From contig CP060228.1 in assembly GCA_023898565.1 (NCBI GenBank), positions 840,930 through 904,929 on the forward strand: 64,000 nt of DNA, given 5' to 3'. This document shows positions 49,233 through 58,227 of this stretch, piece after piece. The DNA is from Candidatus Nomurabacteria bacterium (GTDB lineage Bacteria; Patescibacteriota; Minisyncoccia; Phycocordibacterales; UBA918). Under the pieces are notes generated by a model. It was given only the letters and a program-made list of their open reading frames with translations. It was not told where the DNA came from and searched no databases. Position 1 is the first letter of the stretch; every line of letters starts with the position of its first letter. The position numbers and the translations under genes were made by a program.

Positions 49233-50189
49233 ATGTTGGAAACAAATGTAACTCTACCGTCAAAGCCACGCGTTGTATCTGAGGAAGATAACCGCGGCGT
49301 CTTTGAGATCGACGGCCTCTATCCTGGCTACGGACACACACTCGGAAACTCACTTCGTCGCATTATTCTTTCTTCACTCCCGGGAGCTGCTATTACCCAG
49401 GTGAAGATTGATGGCGCTGAACACGAATTCTCTGCGCTCGACGGAGTAAAAGAAGATGTTATTACCATCCTCCTCAACCTTCGACGCGTTCGCCTTAACA
49501 TGCACGCAGAAGAGCCGCTTACCATCACTCTTAAGAAGAAGGGTGTTGGTCCAGTAACTGCCGCTGATATCGACGCTCCGTCTCAAATTGAGATTTTGAG
49601 CCCGGAACAGCACATTGCTGAAATCACCAATGCTAAAACTGAGCTCAACATTGAACTTACAATTGAGCGCGGTCTTGGCTACGTACCACGTGAGGTGCAC
49701 CAGAAAGACAAGGTAGAAATCGGCACCATTGCTATGGACGCTGTCTTTACCCCAATCCGTCGCGCAAACTACGAAGTAGAGAACATGCGTGTTGGTGACC
49801 GAACAGATTACAACCGACTTCGACTCATCATCGAGACAGACGGCTCATACTCAGCCCGTGAGGCGCTGGAGAAGTCTATCGAGATCATGATTCATCAGCT
49901 CAAAGCTGTGATTGGTTTCCAGGATCAGCATTCAGCCCCTGCAGCTCCAGCTGTAGCAGAAGAAGTTAAGTCAGAAGAACCTGATCCAGAGGTTCTCAAG
50001 ACTCGCATTGAAACACTTGACCTTACTAGCCGTACGCTCCAAGCACTCGAAGAGGCGTCAATCCGCACTATCGGTGGTTTGGTTCGTAAGAAAACAGATG
50101 ACATTCTTGCTCTAGACGGCATCGGTCCAAAGGGACTTGAAGAAATTCAAGACCTCCTCGGAAAGATGGGTCTGAAGCTTGAAGAATAA
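49233..50189 (+). CDS. rpoA: DNA-directed RNA polymerase alpha subunit
   Basis: N-terminal dimerisation domain LYPGYGHTLGNSLRRIILSSLPGAA and the C-terminal alpha-CTD. Confidence 0.9.
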   Translation: MLETNVTLPSKPRVVSEEDNRGVFEIDGLYPGYGHTLGNSLRRIILSSLPGAAITQVKIDGAEHEFSALDGVKEDVITILLNLRRVRLNMHAEEPLTITLKKKGVGPVTAADIDAPSQIEILSPEQHIAEITNAKTELNIELTIERGLGYVPREVHQKDKVEIGTIAMDAVFTPIRRANYEVENMRVGDRTDYNRLRLIIETDGSYSAREALEKSIEIMIHQLKAVIGFQDQHSAPAAPAVAEEVKSEEPDPEVLKTRIETLDLTSRTLQALEEASIRTIGGLVRKKTDDILALDGIGPKGLEEIQDLLGKMGLKLEE

Positions 50190-50194
50190 CGCCT

Positions 50195-50551
50195 ATGCGA
50201 CACGCAAGTAAAACACGTACACTCAGCCGCACCCGCAGCCAGCGCACTGCTCTGGTCCGTGGTTTGGCAGTGTCACTCATCCGCGATGGTCAAATCAAGA
50301 CCACACTCGCGAAGGCTAAGGAACTCCAGCCAAACATCGAACGTCTCGTGACTCATGCGAAGAAAGGAACTATTCCAGCTCGCCGTCATGTAGCGTCAGC
50401 GCTTGGTGAACCTAGCGAAACTATTATGAAGAAACTGTTCAGCGAGATCGCGCCAAAGTTTGCAGAACGCAACGGAGGGTACACTCGCATTGTGAAGCTT
50501 GGTCGGACTTCACCAGGACGCGATGAAGCAATTATTGCTTTCGTTGAATAA
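50195..50551 (+). CDS. rplQ: Ribosomal protein L17
   Basis: MRHASKTRTLSRTRSQRTALVRGL... Confidence 0.9.
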   Translation: MRHASKTRTLSRTRSQRTALVRGLAVSLIRDGQIKTTLAKAKELQPNIERLVTHAKKGTIPARRHVASALGEPSETIMKKLFSEIAPKFAERNGGYTRIVKLGRTSPGRDEAIIAFVE

Positions 50552-50922
50552 TGCCTATGTCTACTACAGAAAACACAACTCGTGTACACACGATTGATGC
50601 TACAGGAAAGCGTCTTGGCAAAGTAGCAACAGAAGCTGCTACTGTTCTGCAAGGAAAAGATCAGGTTACATTTGCTCGCCACACAGTGGAAGCTGTAACG
50701 GTTGAAATCCAGAATGTAAGCAAGATGGATATTCCTGAAGGAAAGAAGGGCGAAATTTACCAGAGCTACTCAGGATACCCAGGCGGTCGCCGCACTGAAA
50801 CCCTCGAGCACCTCGGTGAACGTCTCGGCTACAGCGAAGTAGTGCGCCGCACAATTGCTGGCATGCTTCCTGACAACAAGCTCAAGAAGCGTCTTATGAA
50901 GCAACTAATCGTAACTGAATAA
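50551..50922 (+). CDS. rplM: Ribosomal protein L13
   Basis: ...HTIDATGKRLGKVATEAATVLQGK... Confidence 0.85.
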   Translation: MPMSTTENTTRVHTIDATGKRLGKVATEAATVLQGKDQVTFARHTVEAVTVEIQNVSKMDIPEGKKGEIYQSYSGYPGGRRTETLEHLGERLGYSEVVRRTIAGMLPDNKLKKRLMKQLIVTE

Positions 50923-50926
50923 TCGT

Positions 50927-51331
50927 ATGGCAACTAACACAGTATACGTGGAAGGACTCGGACGCCGCAAAACAGCGACGGCTCGTGTACGCCTTACACC
51001 AGCTTCAGAAACGAAGGTTACCGTAAACGGTAAGGAACTTACAGCATACTTCGGCAACCTCGGTCACCAGAAGGATGTGATGTCAGTTCTTGAAACAAAG
51101 GACGCCGGTATCGAAAATTACACTATTACCGCTAAGGTAGTAGGTGGTGGTATCTCAGCTCAGGCTGAAGCTATCCGTCTCGGTATCGCTCGCGCTCTTG
51201 TGAAAGAAAAGGCATCACGTCGTGGTGCACTCAAGGCTGAAGGCTACCTCAAGCGTGACCCACGTTCAGTGGAACGCAAGAAGTTCGGTCTTCGCAAAGC
51301 TCGCAAGCGACCAGCGTGGTCAAAGCGATAG
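50927..51331 (+). CDS. rpsI: Ribosomal protein S9
   Basis: GRRKTATARVRL... and the C-terminal ...KARKRPAWSKR. Confidence 0.9.
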   Translation: MATNTVYVEGLGRRKTATARVRLTPASETKVTVNGKELTAYFGNLGHQKDVMSVLETKDAGIENYTITAKVVGGGISAQAEAIRLGIARALVKEKASRRGALKAEGYLKRDPRSVERKKFGLRKARKRPAWSKR

Positions 51332-51346
51332 TCCTACAGACTACAC

Positions 51347-51375
51347 AAAAACTCCCCAGTGGGGAGTTTTTGTAT
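51347..51375 (+). terminator. Intrinsic terminator after the ribosomal operon
   Basis: AAAAACTCCCCA-gt-GGGGAGTTTTTG. Confidence 0.75.
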
Positions 51376-51414
51376 GTTATAAATACTTTAGAGCCATACT
51401 AGGGAGACACGACC

Positions 51415-51504
51415 ATGAAGACACAGCGCGGTATTACCATTATTCAACTCCTTTTGCTGATAGCAATCCTCGGATTGGTACTAGCCTCGCTCATACCAAC
51501 ATAA
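51415..51504 (+). CDS. 29-aa mini-protein resembling a type IV prepilin leader plus N-terminal helix only
   Basis: RBS GGGAGA 7 nt upstream. MKTQRG|ITIIQLLLLIAILGLVLASLIPT parallels MK..KGFTLIELLVVIAIIGILA. A dedicated terminator follows. Confidence 0.4.
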   Translation: MKTQRGITIIQLLLLIAILGLVLASLIPT

Positions 51505-51515
51505 GCACCGACACG

Positions 51516-51543
51516 CAGCGCCTCCGGGCGCTGTTTTCTATTT
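51516..51543 (+). terminator. Intrinsic terminator after the mini-ORF
   Basis: CAGCGCC-tccg-GGCGCTGTTTTCTATTT. Confidence 0.6.
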
Positions 51544-51596
51544 ACTTTTTATGAAAATGTTGTATTGTATTAAAAGATAAACCACAGGAGTTCATC

Positions 51597-51947
51597 ATGC
51601 GAATTGCTGTTATTGAACCGAACCAAGACGACCTTTTTCTCATCGAGCACCTGCTTCGTCAATGCAACCACAAAGTCATCTGTATCTCTCACAGCAAAGG
51701 AGCAATGGCTCTCGGCCCTAACGAAGCAGATGCGATTATCATGGAGTACGATCAAGGCCCCGACAACCCCTCTGCAGCAGACATCTGCTGGACAGCAGTG
51801 ACCTGGAAACGCTGGGTGCCCTGCCTGGTCCACACCGACCACCCAGACCGCATCCGGGCAGAACTTTTCCCTCCCAACACAGCATACAGAGAAAAAGGAA
51901 AGGATTTCAAGTACATCATCGACTTCCTGAAGCTCGTGCAGCAGTAA
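51597..51947 (+). CDS. Standalone receiver (REC/CheY-like) domain protein, probably degenerate (Glu at the phospho-acceptor position)
   Basis: RBS AGGAG before the ATG. MRIAVIEPNQDDLFLIEHLL... resembles a REC N-terminus, but the acidic pocket is non-canonical. Preferred over the overlapping minus-strand ORF. Confidence 0.4.
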   Translation: MRIAVIEPNQDDLFLIEHLLRQCNHKVICISHSKGAMALGPNEADAIIMEYDQGPDNPSAADICWTAVTWKRWVPCLVHTDHPDRIRAELFPPNTAYREKGKDFKYIIDFLKLVQQ

Positions 51948-52001
51948 CACAATTTTGGCCCGCGCAAAGCGCGGGCCACTTCATGACACCCTGGAGACCA
52001 T

Positions 52002-52151
52002 ATGAACCATTTTGTACTCAGTCTCGTCTTCGCACTTGTGTTCTCACTGAGCATCAGCACTTTCACTACCAGCAGCCACAAGGCACAGAGTGTTCTAGCG
52101 AAACTCGCTACCACCATTGCACTTGTGTACTTGTTGTACACACTTACATAA
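52002..52151 (+). CDS. 49-aa hydrophobic mini-protein (2 predicted TM segments)
   Basis: RBS GGAGA 7 nt upstream of ATG 52002. MNHFVLSLVFALVFSLSISTFTTSSHKAQSVLAKLATTIALVYLLYTLT; a strong terminator follows. Confidence 0.4.
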   Translation: MNHFVLSLVFALVFSLSISTFTTSSHKAQSVLAKLATTIALVYLLYTLT

Positions 52152-52180
52152 ACGACTCCTTCCTGGAGTCGTTTTTTTGA
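52152..52180 (+). terminator. Intrinsic terminator
   Basis: ACGACTCC-ttcct-GGAGTCGTTTTTTTG. Confidence 0.75.
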
Positions 52181-52206
52181 CAGCAGACATTTTTCTATTT
52201 ATAATG
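52177..52206 (+). promoter_or_regulatory. Consensus sigma70 promoter TTGACA-18-TATAAT for grpE-dnaK-dnaJ
   Basis: TTGACA at 52177–52182, TATAAT at 52201–52206, ATG at 52215. Confidence 0.55.
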
Positions 52207-52214
52207 CGCCCCGT

Positions 52215-52814
52215 ATGGTGTATATGAACAATGAAAACGACGAAGTAGAGGTAGAAACCACCAACGATGATATTGACTTAGAAGAAACTGAATTAGTAGA
52301 CGTAGAAGAGAAGAGCGGCGACAAGATTAAAAAACTGCAAGAGAAGCTGCGCCGTGCAGAAGAAGAAAAGAAAGAAGCTCAAGACGAGCTCCAGCGCGCA
52401 CGCGCAGATTTCCTCAATGCCCGAAAACGACTCGACGAGGAACGCATCCGTGACCGCGCCCGGGCAAAAATAGCACACGTAGAAGAGTTACTGCCACTTT
52501 GCGACAGCTTCTATATGGCGATGAGCAATAAGGAAGCCTGGGAAAAAGCTGATGAAGCTTGGCGCAAAGGTGTCGAAGGTATTAACGGCCAACTCAATCG
52601 CATTCTTGATTCATACGGAGTGAAGGCGATTGACCCCCAAGGCGAAGTGTTTGACCCACACCGCGACGAAGCAATTGGTACCGAAAAGGTAACCGATGAA
52701 AAGCTCGTCGATACAGTAGTAACCGTCGTACAGCGAGGATTTGAAATGGAAGTAGACGGGAAAATGACAGTCATACGACATGCTCGGGTAACCACTGGAA
52801 TTATGAATGAGTAA
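52215..52814 (+). CDS. grpE: Nucleotide exchange factor GrpE
   Basis: Acidic N-terminus, long coiled-coil, C-terminal beta domain; sits upstream of dnaK. Confidence 0.85.
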   Translation: MVYMNNENDEVEVETTNDDIDLEETELVDVEEKSGDKIKKLQEKLRRAEEEKKEAQDELQRARADFLNARKRLDEERIRDRARAKIAHVEELLPLCDSFYMAMSNKEAWEKADEAWRKGVEGINGQLNRILDSYGVKAIDPQGEVFDPHRDEAIGTEKVTDEKLVDTVVTVVQRGFEMEVDGKMTVIRHARVTTGIMNE

Positions 52815-52848
52815 ACGAGCGTAGCGACTATTACGAATTTATGTCTTG

Positions 52849-52878
52849 ATTTGCACCATTCCTAGTGCAAATCACTAG
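52849..52878 (+). promoter_or_regulatory. Overlapping inverted repeats between grpE and dnaK (ATTTGCAC-N8-GTGCAAAT and CTAGTG-N5-CACTAG); candidate heat-shock operator, not canonical CIRCE
   Basis: Read directly from the sequence. Located about 55 nt upstream of the dnaK ATG, with a TATACT -10-like hexamer at 52913. Confidence 0.4.
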
Positions 52879-52931
52879 ACAAAGGAAATCTGTTAATTAC
52901 TAGAAAATATTGTATACTCACGAAAAAATAT

Positions 52932-54827
52932 ATGGCAAAGATACTTGGAATTGACCTTGGAACCACCAACTCAGCAATGGCCATCATTGAAGCTGGTGAA
53001 CCAACTATTGTAGAAAACAGCGAAGGCAATCGCACTACACCGTCGATTGTGGCAATCTCAAAGACAAACGAACGACTCGTTGGTCAGATTGCGAAGCGAC
53101 AGGCGGTAACTAACCCGACAAATACCATTTACGGCATCAAGCGCTTCATGGGGCACAACTTTAGTGACTCTGTTGTCCAGAAGGATAAGGATATTGTCCC
53201 ATACGAAATCAAGCAGGGAGCTGACGGTGGTGCAGTCGTAGTGATGGATGGTAAGGAATACCGTCCAGAGGAAGTGTCTGCGATGATTCTTACCAAGCTA
53301 AAGACTGACGCTGAAGCGAAGCTTGGCGAGAAAATCACTGAAGCAGTGATTACCGTACCAGCGTACTTCAATGACTCACAGCGCAAGGCTACTCAGGATG
53401 CTGGCAAGATTGCAGGACTTGAAGTAAAGCGCATCATCAACGAACCAACCGCCGCAGCACTCGCGTATGGCTTTAATAAGAAGAAGGACGAGAAGATTGT
53501 AGTATACGACTTCGGTGGTGGTACCTTTGACGTAACCGTACTTGAAGTAGGAGACGACGTCGTAGAAGTACAGTCTACCGACGGCGACGCACACATGGGT
53601 GGACGCGACATCGACCAAGGAATTGTTCGCTTCTTGATTGAAGAATTTAAGAAGACAAATGGAGTAGATCTCGGAAAGGATAAGCTTGCGCTCCAGCGAC
53701 TCGATGAGGCTGCTGAGAAGGCGAAGCATGAACTTTCTTCAACCAACGAAACAGACATCAACATTCCATTTATCTCACAGGGTTCTGATGGACCACTCCA
53801 CATGGACGTGAAGCTCACTCGTGCCAAGCTAGAAGAACTTGCTCATGAGTACGTCGACAAGTCTATCGAAATCACCAAGCGTGCTCTTGAAGCGTCAGGT
53901 CTCAAGAAGGAAGAAATCGACGAAATCATTCTTGTTGGTGGCCAGACTCGCATGCCGATTATTCAGACACGCGTGAAGGAACTCTTTGGTAAGGAACCAA
54001 ACCGTACTATCAACCCAGACGAAGTAGTAGCACTAGGCGCGGCGATTCAGGCAGGTATTTTCCAGGGTGACGTACAGGACATTACACTTGTAGATGTGAT
54101 CCCGCTTTCTCTTGGCATCGAAACCATGGGTGGTGTAAACACCAAGCTCATTGAGAAGAATACCCACATTCCAACCAAGAAGCAGCAAGTCTTCTCAACC
54201 GCCGCGGACAATCAAACCTCAACTGAGATCCATGTCGTACAAGGTGAGCGCCCAATGGCAAATGATAACAAGTCACTTGGACGTTTTGTGCTCGACGGCA
54301 TTCCGCCAGCACCACGTGGCGTACCACAGGTAGAAGTGACCTTCGATGTCGACAGCAACGGCGTACTCAATGTAACCGCCAAAGACAAGTCGACTGGCAA
54401 AGAACAATCTATCCGCATCGAAGCCAACTCAGGTCTTACCGAAGAAGACATCGAACGCATGAAGAAGGAAGCAGAAGATCACGCTTCAGAAGATGAGAAG
54501 AAGAAGGAACTCATCGAAGTTCGCAATCAGGCAGAACAGATGGTGTACACCGCAGAAAAGGCACTCAAGGATCATGAGAAAGAAGTACCAGAAGATGTAA
54601 AGACTGAAATCAACGACAAGATTAAGCTGGCAAACGAAGCGAAAGGAAAGGATGACAAAGCAGCGATTGAAAGCGCCGTAAACGAACTCTCAACTTCACT
54701 TCAGAAGATTGGCGAGATTATGCAGAAAGCGGCTGAGGCAGCACAGAAGGGAGCAGAAGGCACTCCAACCGAAGGAAAGAAGGATGATGACGAACCAACC
54801 GTTCGTGACGCTGAAGAAGCTAAATAA
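52932..54827 (+). CDS. dnaK: Chaperone DnaK (Hsp70)
   Basis: [24 protein letters not shown] and the full-length Hsp70 architecture. Confidence 0.95.
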   Translation: MAKILGIDLGTTNSAMAIIEAGEPTIVENSEGNRTTPSIVAISKTNERLVGQIAKRQAVTNPTNTIYGIKRFMGHNFSDSVVQKDKDIVPYEIKQGADGGAVVVMDGKEYRPEEVSAMILTKLKTDAEAKLGEKITEAVITVPAYFNDSQRKATQDAGKIAGLEVKRIINEPTAAALAYGFNKKKDEKIVVYDFGGGTFDVTVLEVGDDVVEVQSTDGDAHMGGRDIDQGIVRFLIEEFKKTNGVDLGKDKLALQRLDEAAEKAKHELSSTNETDINIPFISQGSDGPLHMDVKLTRAKLEELAHEYVDKSIEITKRALEASGLKKEEIDEIILVGGQTRMPIIQTRVKELFGKEPNRTINPDEVVALGAAIQAGIFQGDVQDITLVDVIPLSLGIETMGGVNTKLIEKNTHIPTKKQQVFSTAADNQTSTEIHVVQGERPMANDNKSLGRFVLDGIPPAPRGVPQVEVTFDVDSNGVLNVTAKDKSTGKEQSIRIEANSGLTEEDIERMKKEAEDHASEDEKKKELIEVRNQAEQMVYTAEKALKDHEKEVPEDVKTEINDKIKLANEAKGKDDKAAIESAVNELSTSLQKIGEIMQKAAEAAQKGAEGTPTEGKKDDDEPTVRDAEEAK

Positions 54828-55073
54828 CTCTAGTTAGCTTTTAGCGGCAAAAACCCAACCTAGTTTTTAAGGAGCGACAGCGACTATAAAAACGGAAATG
54901 CCCTTGTGGTATAAGGGTTTTTGCCGCCCTAAAGCTCAGTAGAGCTTCAACAAACTACTTTGGTACAAACTCGACTCGCACACTCCTTGTGCGCCCCAGC
55001 CAAACCCGCCCGCACATAGTCGCTACTCGCTGAGTTTGCACACAAAGCAGTTATTAAGATTTACTTTGAAGAC

Positions 55074-56135
55074 ATGAAAGATTACTACCAAATATTAGGC
55101 CTTGAAAAAGGAGCGTCAAAGGACGAGGTGAAAAAAGCGTTCCGCAAAATGGCCGCCAAGTATCACCCTGATAAAAAGACCGGCGACGAAGAAAAGTACA
55201 AAGAAGTCACTGAAGCGTACGCTGTTTTAGGTGACGAAAAGAAAAAGGCTGAATACGATACCTACGGTCAATCATTCAACGGTGCTGGCGGCGGCGGTTT
55301 TGGCGGATTCGATTTCTCTGGTTTCCAGCAAGGGTTTGGCGGACAAGGTTTTGAATTCGACATCAACGACATCTTCTCAAACTTTGGTTTTGGCGGCGGC
55401 GGGCAGCAGCGCAAGCGTGGCCGCGATGTCTCTATAGATATCAACCTCACCTTTGAAGAATCTATCTTTGGTGTAACCCGCAAACTCCTCATTACTAAGA
55501 ACAACACTTGTAGTGATTGTGATGGCTCAGGCGGCAAAAAGGGAGCTGGTACGACTGAATGTAGCACTTGTGCTGGGCAAGGTAAGATTCGTGAACAGCG
55601 TCAGAGCATCATGGGCGCGTTTACAACGGTGCGCGAATGTTCTACCTGTCACGGTACTGGCCAGGTGCCGAAGGAGCGTTGTGGCAAATGTGCTGGTGCT
55701 GGTATCACCCGTACTGAAGAGGAGATTTCCATCAAAGTGCCTACCGGTATCCAAAACGGGGAAGTCATTCGCATGACTGGTCGCGGCGAGGCGATGCCGC
55801 ACGGCGAGCCTGGCGACCTCTACATCAAAGTTCATGTCGAGCAGCACGCCACCATCAAGCGCGACGGCTCTACCCTCATGACCAAGCTGCCGATTAAGCT
55901 CACTGACGCGCTACTTGGTGCTACGTATGCAGTCACCACACTCGACGGTGCTGTAGATATCAAAATCCCAGCCGGCATTACACACGGCGAACTCCTCCGC
56001 ATCAAGGAGAAAGGCGTACCAACCGACCGCGGCGGTCGCGGCGACTTCATGGTGAAGATTTCGGTCGAAACCCCCAAGAAACTTTCAAAAAGAGCCGAGA
56101 AACTCGTACAGGAGCTGCGAGAAGAAGGGATATAA
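55074..56135 (+). CDS. dnaJ: Chaperone DnaJ (type I: J domain, G/F region, CxxCxGxG zinc fingers)
   Basis: DYYQILGLEKGASKDEVKKAFRKMAAKYHPDK and four CxxCxGxG repeats. Confidence 0.95.
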   Translation: MKDYYQILGLEKGASKDEVKKAFRKMAAKYHPDKKTGDEEKYKEVTEAYAVLGDEKKKAEYDTYGQSFNGAGGGGFGGFDFSGFQQGFGGQGFEFDINDIFSNFGFGGGGQQRKRGRDVSIDINLTFEESIFGVTRKLLITKNNTCSDCDGSGGKKGAGTTECSTCAGQGKIREQRQSIMGAFTTVRECSTCHGTGQVPKERCGKCAGAGITRTEEEISIKVPTGIQNGEVIRMTGRGEAMPHGEPGDLYIKVHVEQHATIKRDGSTLMTKLPIKLTDALLGATYAVTTLDGAVDIKIPAGITHGELLRIKEKGVPTDRGGRGDFMVKISVETPKKLSKRAEKLVQELREEGI

Positions 56136-56171
56136 AAAGTGCGCATGGACAAAGTCCATGCGCACTTTTTA
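56135..56171 (+). terminator. Strong intrinsic terminator after dnaJ
   Basis: AAAAGTGCGCATGGAC-aaa-GTCCATGCGCACTTTTT. Confidence 0.8.
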
Positions 56172-56188
56172 TGATACGCTTAACCTCC

Positions 56189-56611
56189 ATGCCCACCCAA
56201 TCCACCCGCTTTGACTTCGGCGACAACAAAACACCTTCCAGCACCTTCACGCTCCATGAACGCATCATTGAGGATCGCGGGAGTAAATACTCAGTGAGTA
56301 TCGGGCATGTGACTGGTCGGGAGGACATCAAGCAATTTTTGAAGACACTTAAAAGCAAAAAGAAATACGCCAGCGCCACCCACAATAGCTGGGCAGCGCG
56401 CATCTCGCACGAAGGCACTATCTACGAGACCAAATCAGACGATGGCGAGACTGGCGCTGGCATGGTGATTTTGCGTGCCATGCAAAAGGAGGATGTGGTG
56501 GACGCGGTCATTTGTGTCACCAGGTGGTTCGGGGGCGTCATGCTCATGAATGACCGCTTCAAACACCTCCAAGAGGCCACTGGATATGCCATTCAAAACA
56601 TATCGCCATAA
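56189..56611 (+). CDS. IMPACT/YigZ family (UPF0029) protein
   Basis: DRGSKYSV...ATHNSWAA...SDDGETGAGMVIL...VTRWFGG fits the YigZ N-terminal domain. The start is moved to Met 56189 to clear the terminator. Confidence 0.7.
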   Translation: MPTQSTRFDFGDNKTPSSTFTLHERIIEDRGSKYSVSIGHVTGREDIKQFLKTLKSKKKYASATHNSWAARISHEGTIYETKSDDGETGAGMVILRAMQKEDVVDAVICVTRWFGGVMLMNDRFKHLQEATGYAIQNISP

Positions 56612-56612
56612 T

Positions 56613-56645
56613 AAAAAACACCAGCTGTACCAGCTGGTGTTTTAC
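56613..56645. terminator. Bidirectional intrinsic terminator
   Basis: AAAAACACCAGCTG-tac-CAGCTGGTGTTTT. Confidence 0.75.
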
Positions 56646-57244
56646 TACTCACTGAGCGTTTTAAATTGCCTTCGAAACCACCACACGACCAACGGCAATG
56701 AAAGCAGGCCAAGTGCTATCAGTATCGTTTGTGTCTTACCGTCTGTTTCGGTGATTGCTGTTGTCAGGTAGTACCCGTGCAATACAACACCAACAGCCCA
56801 AATCGTAGAAGCAGCCACAATCACCAACAAAAAGACTTGTTGCTTCATGTTACACACCGCAGCTGCGACAGGAACGAACACTTTTACCACTGGAACAAAT
56901 TTGCCCATGAAGGATATTTTTACATTGCTCCGATCAAACACTCGCCTAAAATGATCAAACGCAACCCGGCGTTTTTTCAGAAAGACAACCTGATCAAACA
57001 ACTGTTCGAGCCCACACCTGCGCACTATGTAATACACCACCATGTTACCGATTGTGTTTCCAGCAGTTCCCGACAAAACAACATACGAGAAGTCGAGGGG
57101 GCCAACTGCTACAAAGTAGCCAGCCGGTAGATACACAAGTGGTGAAGACGGAGCGGAGGTCATGCCGTTAAGAATCATCAAGCAAAAAATGGCGAAATAG
57201 CCATACTGCTGAACCAAATCGTTCATCATTGCTTCCATGAGCAA
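56645..57244 (-). CDS. DedA/VTT-family membrane protein
   Basis: YGYFAIFCLMILNG...LPAGYFVAVGPL...GNTIGNMVVYYIVRRCG matches DedA conserved blocks. Confidence 0.6.
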   Translation of the reverse strand: MLMEAMMNDLVQQYGYFAIFCLMILNGMTSAPSSPLVYLPAGYFVAVGPLDFSYVVLSGTAGNTIGNMVVYYIVRRCGLEQLFDQVVFLKKRRVAFDHFRRVFDRSNVKISFMGKFVPVVKVFVPVAAAVCNMKQQVFLLVIVAASTIWAVGVVLHGYYLTTAITETDGKTQTILIALGLLSLPLVVWWFRRQFKTLSE

Positions 57245-57330
57245 CTCCTAAAAAGAACTACAGCTAGTAAAACACAGACTGCGTAATTTTAAAATAGCTT
57301 AGAAAATCAAACACACGCCTATACAATCAA

Positions 57331-57358
57331 AAGAAAACCCACGAGTTTCGTGGGTTTA
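57331..57358 (-). terminator. Intrinsic terminator for the minus-strand hydrolase gene
   Basis: AAACCCACGA-gttt-CGTGGGTTT followed by a T-run on the minus strand. Confidence 0.6.
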
Positions 57359-57373
57359 AATCGTTGCAAATGG

Positions 57374-58200
57374 TCACACATGGTCAATGTGACCACCGAT
57401 TAAGTATGCACGCGTTTTTTCCATCACGGCAATGCTAAAGCAGATAAGCACATGACCACGCGACATCGGAACAAGTTTGACGTTTTGCGACGAAACTGTA
57501 GGCAGAGCCAATCTACCTATGATGAGATCTCTCGTGCCATAGAGGGCCAACTGCGGCACAGAGAAGGATCGTTCAATAGTCTTGTATTGATTAACACTCA
57601 CCTGTGAAGCACCCTTCTTGGCCAAAAACCGGTGCATCATCGCTGGAACACTATAGTTGGGAGCTTCCTGTTCCTTGAGTGGACTAAAAACCGTCACCAA
57701 CTTCGAGACAATTTCTTTCCCTCCAAGAGCTTCAACGTAATACCGAGCGACCACACCACCCTGGCTGATACCAATCAAATGAATCTGCGTTGCGCCACAC
57801 TCATCGATATTGCATCGATTTGTGCTTTTACCTCAAGCGCCGCGCTCTCAAGATCATTTCGGTAATCAAAACCAATTGAAATGACATCGATGCCCGAACG
57901 CTTAAACCACTGAACAAACGGAAATACCGTAGTATAGTAGTTTGCCAGAATACCGTGCAAAACAATCGTAAGTTGACCTCCGCTGGCCTTCACAGCATTC
58001 ACGCACGCAGCGTTATGGCTATCCATTTTTTTCTTACTTGCGCGCAATACTCCAAGCGGACACACCATTGATTTGATTCTATGCTCAATTTGAGCGGTCC
58101 AATGCTTTTCCATAATCCACGCTCCAAAAGAAAATGGCCAATACACACCGATACACTTTGCCGTAAAAAACCCAGCTTCCTCGCTGACTATACCAAACAA
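57374..58200 (-). pseudogene. Alpha/beta-hydrolase (lipase class-2 / esterase-like) split by a frameshift near 57775–57790
   Basis: The upstream ORF carries the oxyanion HG (QLTIVLHGILANYY). The downstream ORF, in another frame, carries the nucleophile elbow IGISQGG, Asp (GTRDLII) and His (MSRGHV). The two ORFs abut at 57775/57778. Confidence 0.55.
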
Positions 58201-58227
58201 TCAGACTGCTGAATCAAAAAAACACGC

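Noticed and set aside
51570-51950. 126-aa minus-strand ORF overlapping the REC-like gene
   Set aside because: No RBS, and it is antisense to an ORF with a good SD and REC-like N-terminus. Judged a shadow ORF.
52849-52878. Canonical CIRCE/HrcA operator
   Set aside because: Half-site spacing (8 nt) and sequence differ from TTAGCACTC-N9-GAGTGCTAA. Reported only as a generic inverted-repeat operator candidate.
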